Below, piece by piece: positions 14,201-26,707 of a DNA stretch of 64,000 nt. This stretch comes from Paraphysomonas bandaiensis (Eukaryota > Protista > Chrysophyceae). Positions within the stretch are counted from its first letter, which is position 1. Every line of letters starts with the position of its first letter. The position numbers and the translations under genes are program-made. Location: the NCBI GenBank assembly GCA_965644295.1, contig CBFFRP010000280.1, positions 166,399 to 230,398 on the forward strand, written 5' to 3'. The notes beneath the pieces were generated by a model, which was not told where the DNA came from, searched no databases, and saw only the letters and a list, made by a program, of their open reading frames with translations.

Positions 14201-16012
14201 GAAATTATACGTCGTAAGAAAATTAGAGGTGGAATCTCAAAGGAGAGTGGTGGTGCTATCAAAGAGGGTGATGCAGAGCTACAATCTCTTGATACCGAAT
14301 CTGTGCACAAAGTCCGCAAAGATACCCTATTCATAGCGAACATGCTAAAAAAGTTTTGTGTGGATAAATATCAAGTTTTTATTATAGATCTTGAATTTCA
14401 ACAGTTACATGTACGATGGTATACATCTTATTTTATTTTTCATTATGATATCATTCAGAGCCTCTTGGATGTTGTTGAGCATTCCGACTCGTCGACTGAT
14501 TTCTTTCAGTCATTAAGTGAGGTAAGAGTTAGAGTAGTAGTGATATGGACTCAGGCTGATGAAATGATATGATTCTAGTTCGGAAAGATGTGCAGTTATG
14601 AAGACGAAGCACTTTTATGCGCAGTTGTTTTGAGAGGCATGAATTTCCAACAGGCAAAAGCTTTTGTTGCCAGCGTTATTTCTGCTCATAAATCGTCATC
14701 CGCGGGTATTTTTATATTCACGATTACATCATATACTAGTTATTCTAGTTTACAGGAGCTAAGCCAATATCTTGGGAGTCTTGTGCGTTACGCTATGCCT
14801 TCACGGTAAGCTCGACTATTTTTTCAAACTGAACTCTTAGTCGTTGTCGTCTTAGAGCCATAGAGTGAATGCCGATGAAGTTGAAGGTTTAAACACCAAT
14901 TGTACAGCTGTCTTTTTATATCTTCGTGCAGAACCAAGTCCAGAAAATCGTTTTGAGAATTTAACGAAATTATTAGAGGAGCGGCAGGTATAGTTCATAT
15001 TTTGATTATTTTAGTATATCTTGACTGATCGTTCCGGCAGCGTGGAGAACTTGGACATTCGAATCTACGGAAGCTGCTTGGGCTGCACGGACCACTAATG
15101 GGGCTAAATAACTGCACATTAGTGCCGGCGAGTGACATTTCTCACAACCAGTCAACCTCAAGTTTGAAAATTAAGGTTTGCTAGCTGGCAAGGATATAAA
15201 TGACGTCAGAATTCTAATTCATTTCGCAGTTGTCAGACTTGCAGTGCAGAGGACTACCAGCAGTAACAAATAGAATTGGTACCACCTACCTTTTCCTGGT
15301 ATGTAAGTGTTCCGGGTAGAAGTAAAAGAATTGATAGTGAAAATGCAGCGGATAGGATGTAACCGACTCAATGGCCAACTGAAGACGGATCGTATTCTCA
15401 GTTGCGCCTCACCGAAGTGGACAGAGACATTTGACATGGATATTTCTACTCGCATGGTTACTGGTAATTTCCATCTGTTTTAATTTCTAATTATATAGTT
15501 AGGGCCAACTAGTCAGCCTTGTATTTGAAATTGTAGAAGTGAACAGTGTTGTTGCAAGGTGCGTTTCCCGAAGTACTATGGACACTAACTCCTCTGTATT
15601 ATTACTGCATATATGCAGATATATGCTGTGTAGAGAATTTGTACTAATGTAAATCTTATTGCCATTGCAGATATAATTCGTTGGGATCGTGTGAATTTGA
15701 TATGTCTCACGTAGCTACTGATCATTCGCATCTGAAGTTATGGTTGGATATACATGAGCCTATAAATGAGCAATCGGCACTGCGATATTTTCCAGTTATT
15801 TCAGGCATTGTAAGAGGTACTCAGTTGCTATCATGTAAGTGGGCACTTTAGTACATATCTTCCTATGTGATTTATTTGCAGTGAAAAGCACCAGATCAAT
15901 GAAATCATCTGGGTCAGAGGCCGAAGGTTTTCACAGTAGCAATGAGAGTGATATTGATCACAAGCGACCGTCAATGCAGCTTCATGTTAGCATCAGCTGG
16001 GAATATAGTTAA
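8219..16012 (+). CDS. Large multi-exon protein: DysF-like domains, several C2 domains and a MUN/Sec6-like helical region
   Basis: DysF-like motifs: EVFEWQRF...W...GDGWSY...RKRLWTR and YENQR...WDEPWVVE...GFFYA..F...RSRKWRR. A C2 domain reads SDPYC...KTKSIERNLNPEW...IWDKD...LGEV. The Sec6/MUN-like part includes ANDC and ESILTTLEDYFGDL. A final C2-like unit (~15170-16012) ends SISWEYS*. Exon boundaries are only partly resolved. Confidence 0.7.
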
Positions 16013-17713
16013 ATTAACTACTGTAAATATATTCGAATTCGGCCAATGTATTACATGTCGTACAAGGTAACACATTGTCTCACGGTGATCGCATATTCAT
16101 AGCATTCTACGAAATGTTGTATCATGTAACTCCACAAGATTCCACTATACATCATCAACTGGATTAATCTGCAATGAGTGCCTACGGATAAAAGCTTTAA
16201 ACGCTTGTTCTATATCTGGTACTGACATTGGGACGGTACAACTTAATAATTTAACATTAAAATTACTCATGAACAAATAGTTAAATATTGTGATAAACAT
16301 ATCTCATCTTATGTTGTCTTTCACTAAATTTATATCATCGCTAATACTAATCAATATTATTATCTTAGAATAATCAATATATTTCAATAACATAATTCAT
16401 ATAATTCATTTCTTCATTTAACACTGCGTTCAACTACTGTAGTCTTTAAGTAACAGTCATCGTTCAAATACCTTAAATACAGCGTTCAATTGCTACAAAA
16501 AAGCTAAGCTCAACATTATACTACTGCCTATCATATACATACACTGATAGGCTTTCCTCAGAGTGTACGTCCAAAGGATTCATCTACTTTATATGACAGA
16601 AAGGAATTAGGAAACTGTTGAGAACTAGCTTATGCCTTATATTAATCAGCATAACTGCTGCATTGTTATTACTTATTCTATTCCTTACTGTATACATATT
16701 GAATGTGCAGAAGTTTATGATACTAGTATGTCAATGACACTTCACCAGGGTGATATATAGAAGTTCCATCGGAATCTAATAAGTGTTTATTATAACAGCA
16801 AGTGAGTAATTGACCACGTTGACTCTTCTCTTCATACTAAAACTCCACAACATAAAACGTCCATAATTTCTTTATTCAGACGTGCCATGCAGCTGTTTGA
16901 TCACTGCGTTATGTGCTTATAAGAAATTATTCCGACTCATATGTGAATCGAAGAAACTGCTACTCTCACATATGATACTTACTATACTCACGGGGTGTGT
17001 TACGATTTCACTCTCTCGCAGTGAACTCCAACACTTGCTACCATGTCACAATCTTTCATACTGCTCTCCATCAAGAGCTTCATGGGAAAAATTAAAGGTT
17101 TTCAACTCCACGTCCACCACTAGGGTGCAGAGCATCTGTGTATGCATGCATGTCACCCATTTGGCCCACCCAGCCGTCATAGAGCTGCTATGATTGCCAT
17201 TTTTTTGCATTACTGTGTAGATATACGTATACGCTATGCTGCATGCAGTGTATCAGTGTCGGATGTATCATTCTTGATTTGCTCACAGACGCACAGAGAG
17301 TAGCTAACACTGTTATTGGGAAAACACGCGTCCCGAGCAGCACATCACAGTTGATATCTAGATATCTAAGATTTTTGTAGATTCTCCAGTTTTTCCACAA
17401 AATACTCTGAAATATAGATCCACTAAACTCCACTTTGTCAATATACAAAAAACTCCTTCTGGAATAAATCCAATGGACCAATTATATATTCGAACCGTAA
17501 ATCAATTGGACTACAATCGTGGGAGTGGGTCCGGGTGAGTATGATGATCTTCAGTGTCAGTATGACGTAAGAATCAGCTAATTTCCACACCTCTAATTTT
17601 TCATATACAAAAATACGTAAAGTCTTGACAGCATCTGCTCGTCACACATCTTGCTTATCACTATTAACAACTGCCATAATTACTGTCTTCCACACTCATT
17701 ACATAATAACAAC

Positions 17714-18806
17714 ATGAGAAAATCAGTACAGATTGTACGTAATCTTCCCCTGGGTATGACTGGATATCGAGGAGTGTGGAGGGGCTTATCTAGCTTCCCA
17801 GTTGATAGTAATGGAAAGGACTCATCTTGTTCGTGTTGCGGAGGGGATCATCCCACTCATCAACATAAATTCGACTCTTTTACGGCGGAGAAGAAAAATA
17901 GTCCTGTATGGGAGTCAGTCAGAGTAAGTGACTCCATTCATTCATATCACTTATGATTCTAACTGTATAATGCATACAGTCATTCAGTACCACAACTGAC
18001 TCATTTGATTCAGTGGCATCTGGTGCGCTGACTGGTAATGATGACACCTACACAACTTATGATGGCGAAACAATTGATATTTCAAATGTGGAGGATCCTG
18101 ACATCGCAAAATTGCTCCAGAATAATAGAGATTGGGTGGAGCGAGAAAAGAACAGTGATCCCAATTTTTTCAAGAAAATTGGAGCTAAACAAGTACCAAA
18201 GTATTTGTAAGTATTTAATAATATAGTGTTTGTGCGGAGACTTACTCGTCGATTTCAACTTGTAGGTATATCGGGTGTTCGGATAGCCGCGTTCCTGCTA
18301 ATCAAATCCTGGGTCTTGGTCCTGGGGAGGTATTCGTGCATCGCAACGTCGGAAATCTTGTTATTGGGTCTGATCTTAACGTTTTATCGGTCGTTGAGTT
18401 TGCGGTCAATGTTCTTGAGGTGCAACATATAATAGTAACTGGACATTACGACTGTGGAGCAGTCCGAGCGGCAATGACTACTCAGGATCTCGGCCTGCTG
18501 GAGAACTGGATTCGTCATATTCGAGATGTTCACCGCATGCATCACTCCAGCATGGATATGATTTCTGACGATGAACTCCGCCACAAGCGCCTTGTTGAGC
18601 TAAGTGTGATCGAGCAGTGCGTAAATCTTTTCAAAATCGCTGCTGTACAGAAAAAGCGTAAGGAGTACCACGGGAAGAAGGGTAGCCCTGTGTTCCCCAA
18701 AGTTCACGCCATGGTATTCGACCCTAAAGTGGGTTTGTTGAAAAAACTACCTGTCAATTTTAAGAACATTATCCGTAATTATCAGCACATATACAATCTT
18801 TACTAA
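17714..18806 (+). CDS. Beta-class carbonic anhydrase, probably mitochondrion-targeted (2 introns)
   Basis: The spliced product contains YIGCSDSRVPANQILGLGPGEVFVHRNVGN and VTGHYDCGAV, supplying the Zn ligands C, D, H and C. The Arg/Ser-rich N-terminus resembles a transit peptide. Confidence 0.93.
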
Positions 18807-20220
18807 TTCGATTGTGTGTTTGGGATGGCGTCGAGTACATTGACTGATTTTGGTATTGAATTGGTACTAAGAGGGAATTAATATCGTGCAATATTTTGAT
18901 ATATACTTTCTCTCTAATTAAAGGAAGATTTTCTTGACATGCCACTGATTTAAGTGTTTAACGCACCTACATATTGTTACTTCGATACTATACTAGATGT
19001 ATTTTCTGTAGGCTATCATTGTCATTTCATATTCTGATAACGAATTCGCAGATAATACAAATCGCCAAGTTTAACAATTTCTAACAAAGTGAGCAAAAGC
19101 ACAGCACTCAATTAAAATGGCGATGAACCTATCTTATCATTCGTTGAAACTCGCCACCTTAATTAGCTGCACCGCAATCACGCAATCACAATACTATTCC
19201 ATTTATCTTACACATTTCATAATACGTCGTCAAGTCTGTATAACGCAGCTTTCGACTTCTGAATTCATCACTAACAGTTATAAACCAGATCTCTTACACT
19301 ATAATGTTTACTTGCTCGACTTTAAGTCATAATTTACATTACAAAATTAACACGACTTTGTCGACCGAAACGCTATTGCGCAATTACCAACATTCTGCTG
19401 GCCTCAGCATAGATGAAACCTCAACACAATCCTCGTCGTCCAGAAGGGCTCTCTTGCAGAAGAAAATATGTATCTATATCTACAGTTTGATCGCCAGTCT
19501 ATGTGCTCTCTACCCAATGGTACTTCGCCTCTATTTGTTGTGAACGCTTTGATATACTGGATGAAGTGTTAAACTTCGTGCACTTTATCCATCTAGGAAG
19601 AATATAGCAGATAACGCCCCCACCAAGTGATACAACTTGTAGACTGCTGTAGACTCTAGATCATCATCATAGTCGCATTATCCCGCCATATGGTAACATA
19701 AGAGTCATTGGAATATACACTGCCAGTCTCATCCAACAGCATACGTACAGATAATTATAAACTCCCTCATGAGTGTCTTGCTCGGTGTATGTTGCTGACA
19801 GGGTCAAGGCAGAGGTGACCTCAACTGCCAGTATCTTCAGCATATCTGAACATGCGGCATACCTCCATATACAGTACTGTATACATGCGACACTGTACAT
19901 AGCATATACTGTCTGTATACTGTATACTACAACTGCATATGCTCCACACACACCACATATATACGTACCTACAGTATACTATGATCGTCCTGCTGTACAT
20001 ACAGCAGCCATATCATACAGTAGTATCCTGCCTGTTTAAACGTGTGTATCACATGAGTAGATGGTAGTGTTCATATATATCATACAGCAAGAGTCTCAAT
20101 GAAAGCTATGAGCAGTGGAATTAATATCTGTCTGAATGGAGTATCAGACAGTGTTTACATGTGAAGCGTTTAATCACAGTTGTTTGTATATCACTCTTCA
20201 ATCATCAGTACATCCACACA

Positions 20221-21757
20221 ATGAAATCCAGTGATATCATCTCATTATGTATTAACAGCCTGTTATTTGTGGCGTACATTACCATATCAATGTATTTGCT
20301 TCATTATTACCATTGTCGTCGTACTGAATATTATGTCAAGGCACGCGGTGTCAAAATGCTCATGCATTACGGTAAGTGTTTCATAGATCTTCGTGATGAT
20401 CGGCGTTATGTTTGTGTTTTTAGGTATAGTTAATACAATTGTAGTCAGTATTCTTATTGCTAGTGTACAGTGGAATGTATTCCCTTGCGAAGTAATTCAT
20501 ATAGTTGGTTTCTTATTCCCATCCCTCTTCATGGTACCAGTTATTATCCGTGCTATTAAAGTTATCGCCATATATGAAGATAATCGCCTTGTATTGAAAT
20601 ATATAAAATTTCGGTACATGTTTCCTATTATCGTAATACTCAATGGGAGTTTGGGGACAATTGGCTCAGTTACCAGTCGCAGTCTCAACGATGAGTTGGT
20701 TACCTACAACGATACGTGCATTATTTTTCATCATTGGATATATTTTGTCATCGTACTGGTATTTTTTAAAACAATTATGGTTAGCCTATATGTACGTTTG
20801 CGGACCGTTCATGACAGATTTCATGTCGCTCGGGAGCTGGCAGGCCACTTTCTAGTATTTACAACGTTTTCGGTGTGTTACATCACAGTAGTAGTTCTCG
20901 TTAACTTTCGGGTTGTAACTGCAATGGGGATCGCGAGAGTAGTTGCACCTCAGTACTGTGTCGTGGTGGTAGGAGTCGTGGGAATGTATCTTTCATTTGT
21001 GGAACCAATCCGAATGGGTTTTTACAACAGCAATATATCTGTTGGTAGCAACTCAGTATTAAATACTACTTCAACGTCGCCCATAATGTCACATGCATAC
21101 GATTATCCCCCTGAGACCTCTGTGAATATAGGTGACCTAATGCGTGACCCTCGTATGAAAGAAGGGCTATATATAGTTTCTAAACGTGCATTGTGCCCAG
21201 AGTTGATCCACTTCCTCGATGACACGATTGCATACAAGGATGAGGCGCTCTCATTGATGGAAGGTAGTAACCCACTATCTTTTCGGTCTGAGAGAGATTT
21301 GTCACCCTCGACGCCTCCTGATATCGAGAAGCCGTTGCAGTGTACGCCTCCCCGGGCTACTTTACACACTATTGAGTTAGAGGGCAGGGAAAGAGAAACT
21401 GTCCACAACAGGTCAGTTTCAATAATCGAGTTCGTGTCTCGGATACAGTCGCTGTCTAGCGCTGTTTCCTCCACTCAAAGAGAGGGAATTGAATTAGATT
21501 CTCTAACCGAAAATCTGCACGATAGTTATTTGAGCATTATTCACACTTATGTGGAAAGTAATTCTCCGCAGGAAGTAAATCTCAGTTTCGCCGCACGCAT
21601 GGATGCTAGCTCCTTGATGAGCAGAGCGGCATTCGCTGTTGCTACGAAATCACGGCGTTTAGATGTATTCGACAGTTCAATCAGTGAAATTCATTCTGTA
21701 GTTTATTCCAACTTATATTTGGACTTAAAGGCGTACCTGAATTCTGTTGACCAATAG
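20221..21757 (+). CDS. 7-transmembrane RGS protein (7TM-RGS), intron ~20372-20423
   Basis: Seven hydrophobic segments are followed by RGS-box motifs LMRDP...LCPELIHFL...YK and YLSIIHTYV..NSPQEVNLS...VFD....EIHSVVYSNLY. Confidence 0.8.
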
Positions 21758-22220
21758 TATTTCTCCTGATACAGACGAAGTAAGTATTATTTACTTCTAG
21801 TAGAATGGTGACTTTCCTGTTAAAAACTAAGACCTACTATGTGGATATGTTGTAACTGTAGTAATATATATTACCATGTAATTTATGCGACTTTTACCAA
21901 TTAGCACTGCAATTTTCTAGCTTGTATTAAGTCAGCATCATGGTGTGAAACATACAGGCACACATCTGAGGTATCGTCCTCTGAGGTGTTAAGGGTTGAC
22001 CATGATATAGAGAAATTTCAATATTAGCAATTCCTAGTTTAAACTACACACCAAAATACTTTAGTCTTGACACCACCAAGAGTGGTAGGAAGGTACCATA
22101 GTGTATGAAAATGTAAAAAAAGAGTGACAATTTGTATTGACAGAATATATTAGACATTAGTGCAAGAAATATAAGCCCCAACTCACTCATCAAGTCAAGA
22201 CATCAAAAACAGGGGGCATA

Positions 22221-22974
22221 TTAACTCTCTTTTTTGGGAGACAAGAGAAAGTCAGCTCTATTAGGTAAGCGCGATAACGGCTGCACAACACCAACAAATT
22301 CTTCAATATATTCTAGCACTCTCAAAGTCGTTTCGTCCATAGCCAGAGGGTGCTCACGCATTTGTCGCTTCTTCGCGAAAATAGTTACTTTTACTTGCAA
22401 CCCTTTGTCCAAAAATTCTTTTACTTTATTCATCTTAATACCCAAATCATGAGAAGCAATTAAAGCCTGACTCATAATTACAGAAGAAGAATTAAAGCAA
22501 CTCTTTGCTACTTACACCAACAATGACTTCCTTTACGACATTAGCTCTAGCCTGCTTCCGTGCCTCCGCCTCTCGCTTTTGAATGTCACCGACTACATTA
22601 GAATATAGATCCAGTTTGCATACAGGTGGCCTCGAGTTTTCATTAACTGCAAATAACATGTTAACCTCATCGTCATACTACAATACATAATACTGTGCAC
22701 CTAAAATTAAATCCATTGACTTGGACTGAGCAAACTGTATTGCCTTATCACGGGTGAGTATTTTCCACATATTCTCTCCATTTTCGTCATTATACACAAC
22801 TCTAACTTCTGGATATTGAATGCCTTCGTTCCGAACAACTTGAGGGACCTTTGAACGAGCAGTTTTCTTTGATTTGGACTTATAGAGAGCAAAGTAACGA
22901 ACATAACTATTTAAACTCTGAACAGATTGCACTGGTCGTATTAATGATCTGTGCATTCTCATCACATGTGCCAT
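22221..22974 (-). CDS. infC: Organellar (mitochondrial) translation initiation factor IF-3, 2 introns
   Basis: RNEGIQYPEVRVV, A..K.MDLILVNENSRPPVCKL, KEV..., IASHDLGIKMNKVKEFLDKGLQVKVTI, plus an N-terminal transit-like peptide. Confidence 0.85.
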
Positions 22975-23853
22975 GCCGAAAGGATATATATGGTAAAGGC
23001 AAATGTATGACGAGTGTGTTGATAGTAGTATGCACATGAAGCCCCTCTTTAACCATATATTTCTTATGCATTGTTCGGCGTACCATCCACATACTTTCCG
23101 TATATATTTTTGGAAGGGGATTTTTAGGTATTATATATTGAGAAATAACTTAAAACCACAGTTTTAAGCTATGTAATATATAAAAATTTGGATTTTTTAT
23201 GGAAAATATTGATATGTAGTATTGTGATAATACTGTGTATACTGCTCTACAAATACGTGCCCACAACATGAACACGAATTCAGATGATTTCGTATGAGAA
23301 ATAGTGTGAAATCATCTCATATCCCATCCGGATATATTACTGCTTAGAACGCAACTGCTCTGCATCTGAGATGCCAGTACATCTTTACGAACATGGTTCT
23401 CCAATAGCGTCAAGTGGTAGTGTACGTGGGGAATACTGATAGAATACAAGCGGAATACTTTACCTCGCACTCTCTTGACTTGTGGTATACAGGAGTATAC
23501 GGCCTGTATATTTGTGTACTCTATCAAACGGTTTTACGAGGTATACTCTATGTATGTATATATATGTATGTACAGAGATGTGGATATATGATCCATGTAC
23601 ACAGTAGTGTACTGAGCTGTAGATGTGCAGGATATGTCTATGTATGTATGTGTGTGTATGATGTATGTATGTATGTATGTATATGTATGTAAGCGTTAAC
23701 TGGATTCCAAGATGATTCACACCCATAACATACACATAACTCTCACCAGAACTACTGACCACACTCTACTATACGTTACACATCATAGTTTAGTGTTCAA
23801 TCTAATTACTATCACATCAACCCTCTTATCTAATCATCAGTGAGGTTGATAGA

Positions 23854-25443
23854 ATGAAAGCAAGTGGGAAGAAAGCAGAAATTCAAGTGATTGATGACAA
23901 ACTATTAGTGGAAGGAATCACAGTAAAGAAAACAGAATCAGGTGAAAGAAGAGGTGAACTCACACTAGTTGACATGTGTCCGATTGCGTCATCATTAGTG
24001 CTGTCGTTTAAAAGTATCGGAAGGATTGAAAACTTGGTTGGATTGGAGAGTCTCGTCAAACTCTGTTTAGATAACAACCAAATCAAAGAAATCATTAATC
24101 TTGAACACCTTGTCAACTTACGTTGGCTTGATTTGTCTTTTAATAATATTCAGAAAATTCAGGGATTAAAAACATTGAAACACTTAGAGGATTTGTCGCT
24201 GTACAGTAATAAAGTGTCCGTAATCGAGGGCTTGGAACAGTGTACCTCATTGCAGTGTCTATCTCTTGGTAACAACAAAATTGACTCTTTGGATCAAGTG
24301 ATGAGATTACGCCAACTTAGGAGTCTTCGGATGCTTACCCTAGCTGGAAATCCGATATGCGAGGAGTCGGAGTATAAGATGATTGTCCTTGCATATGTAG
24401 ATGCACTGAACTACTTGGACTACGCACTTGTGGGCAGCGCTGATATTAGCAATGCCAAGGAACAATATCATGATGATTTGCTTGATGTAGAAGAAAAAGA
24501 ATCAGTCGTAGCCGAAAAGTCTTCGCGAGACAAGGCAATGACCGACTTTCTCAAGCAGCTCGATGAGGCCGGAATTATATTTGCACATGTGTTATTTGAT
24601 GATATGTTCCTTGACGATCCAGACTTGGAAAAGCTTAAGCACTTGCCTGGAGCCAAAGAGCTTGTAGAAGTGTTCCGTACATCATTTAAGGCTCTTTCAG
24701 ATGAATTTATTCGTGGTGCCATGGAGAAATACGAAAAGAAGAAGAAAGAAGTCCGTGACTTTGAATCCGTGATTGAAGGAGTTCGCAAACGAGATGACGC
24801 AGAAAGCATTCATCTCATAGAGAACTTCAACAAATCGAAAAAGCAGGCTATTGCCAATTTGCATAAGACCGATGGTGACAAGCAAGAGGTGATGAAACAG
24901 TTGCAGGCGGAGCTTGAACGGGTGGCTGACGAACTTATGAGCATTGAAATCCGGCAAGTTGAAAAGTTTGAAGCACTCGTGGATGAGTTTGATAACCGGA
25001 TGAATGATCTCAAAAATCAATGCTTGGAAGCACAACAATTGTTTTTCAGAGCTGTGGAAGAGCTGGAGGATAAATTTTCGACCAATGTGAGGGCTGTAGC
25101 GACTGACCTGATTGACCGCCTAACTAAGGAAGAGTTGGCGGAGGATTATCTTGACGACGAAGCTATGGCTCTGGTTGTGGACAAAGATGCCAGCATGGGA
25201 ACACTCTCAGGATCTCATGATATGCACATCGGAAAAATTCTTAAGCGCGAAGACGAAGCACGCGCCACAGAAACGAGAAGATATCAGGAGCTCATATCAT
25301 CTTTCACCACGAATGAAAAGGCTCGTAATCGAGACCGGATTCTACAAATTCACGATTTCTCTAAGAACGCTACTGCTTCATTAAACAAAATTCTGGCACT
25401 AGAGGAGGAAGATGGTTACGATGATGAACCATCTGTATTTTAA
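23854..25443 (+). CDS. DRC3: Dynein regulatory complex subunit 3 (LRRC48)
   Basis: SDS22-like LRRs (LSFKSIGRIENL, LCLDNNQI, WLDLSFNNI), LAGNPIC and a long helical C-terminus with SHDMHIGKI..REDE and RNRDRI..I. The 529-aa length is typical. Confidence 0.9.
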   Translation: MKASGKKAEIQVIDDKLLVEGITVKKTESGERRGELTLVDMCPIASSLVLSFKSIGRIENLVGLESLVKLCLDNNQIKEIINLEHLVNLRWLDLSFNNIQKIQGLKTLKHLEDLSLYSNKVSVIEGLEQCTSLQCLSLGNNKIDSLDQVMRLRQLRSLRMLTLAGNPICEESEYKMIVLAYVDALNYLDYALVGSADISNAKEQYHDDLLDVEEKESVVAEKSSRDKAMTDFLKQLDEAGIIFAHVLFDDMFLDDPDLEKLKHLPGAKELVEVFRTSFKALSDEFIRGAMEKYEKKKKEVRDFESVIEGVRKRDDAESIHLIENFNKSKKQAIANLHKTDGDKQEVMKQLQAELERVADELMSIEIRQVEKFEALVDEFDNRMNDLKNQCLEAQQLFFRAVEELEDKFSTNVRAVATDLIDRLTKEELAEDYLDDEAMALVVDKDASMGTLSGSHDMHIGKILKREDEARATETRRYQELISSFTTNEKARNRDRILQIHDFSKNATASLNKILALEEEDGYDDEPSVF

Positions 25444-25982
25444 TTATCTTGAATATATATAAATGGATATTTATATTGTTCCGCTACGTAAATAAGCAAG
25501 GTTGTTTAAATGGCACTCAAGTATCACACAGTTGCATTTTTAAAATGATTTAGTGCATGACAACAGTTTCTGTTGTTATTATTTCCGACAAACGTCCTTC
25601 GCCTGTCATTAGCTCTATTCAAAAGCTCTTTCTAATTTCAGAATTCTTTCCTATCGACTTCCGCACCAGGTTGTTAGTGACAAGTTTTTGAATTTCTTTT
25701 GTTACAGTAATAATAAAACTTCACCGAAGGGCCTCTCTATATAGCGATAATGAATCGTGGTTGTTGTACATCTATAGTAAATTGTTCTATGATTATCATA
25801 ATGATATCCAATCGTACGTATCGCGAGTTAATGTCTCTCCCCACAACAGAGTCAGACTCTTACCTTTTCTAAGTAGTTTTGTTATAGTTATAAAGTTTCT
25901 TTTTCTATAGTAAGTGCATAAGCAATACTAACCATGGAGACGATCAAAGTCATTTTGCAATACTGTAGAGTTAACTGTAATT

Positions 25983-26430
25983 AACCCTCAACAAAGCCGG
26001 ACTTACACCTGTTTCGTTGTGTTCTAGGGAATAAGTACCGGAGATATTTCTCCGGGAAACTAACGTGAGCCGCATGTTATATATAATCAGTAGATATAAA
26101 TTGTTCTGCTCACTCATAGCCTTATGCTTGTGTGAAACATGGGACAGTAATTAATGTTACGTGTACAGACGTCTTTGGGACTCCAGGAATGGGCTTTCGG
26201 GGAATTGGGCTGCCTACTGAAGTCAAGCATCCGGGCTAGCTAAAAAAACTTAGAACCTTAAGACTCTAAAATCCTGAAGTGAGCAGATGTCAGGTATAAC
26301 AACATTATGTTCTCCTCTGCGTTAGCTTTGAGTGATGGAGCGAAAGTGGCTGCACCTTGGTGCTTGCAGTGATGCACAAGCAATTTTCGTATCGTTAAAT
26401 AGTAGGATATCAGATTTAAGCACTAGTTAG
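25983..26430. mobile_element. Copy of dispersed repeat family A (core plus part of right TIR)
   Basis: Core as at 5388 and 59683. Bases 26335-26410 (gagcgaaagtggctgcaccttggtgcttgc...cgttaaatagtaggata) match the right inverted arm at 60010-60085. Confidence 0.75.
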
Positions 26431-26707
26431 TTAAGCACTAACCCTAATGGAATAGTGTAATCCTCTCAATCAGATTTTAGAATAGATGAATATTAGTAGT
26501 GGCACGCTATGAGATTACTCAATGAAACTTATAATGTCCCACGACATCAATATTGAGTCAGGGCAATATAAGTGAAAACTGTCACTACTAGCCAGTATTA
26601 TTCTAATGTCACAGTTTGCTTATATATATAAATAACAAAATTATTCTAATTAAGCGGAAATAAGAACAGTCTACACCAAATTCGATCCACAAACACATAT
26701 CCAAAAA

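Noticed and set aside
16882-17481. Short ORFs upstream of the carbonic anhydrase (and similar ones at 19117-20039 and 23312-23762)
   Set aside because: Low-complexity intergenic or promoter DNA with no domain signal.
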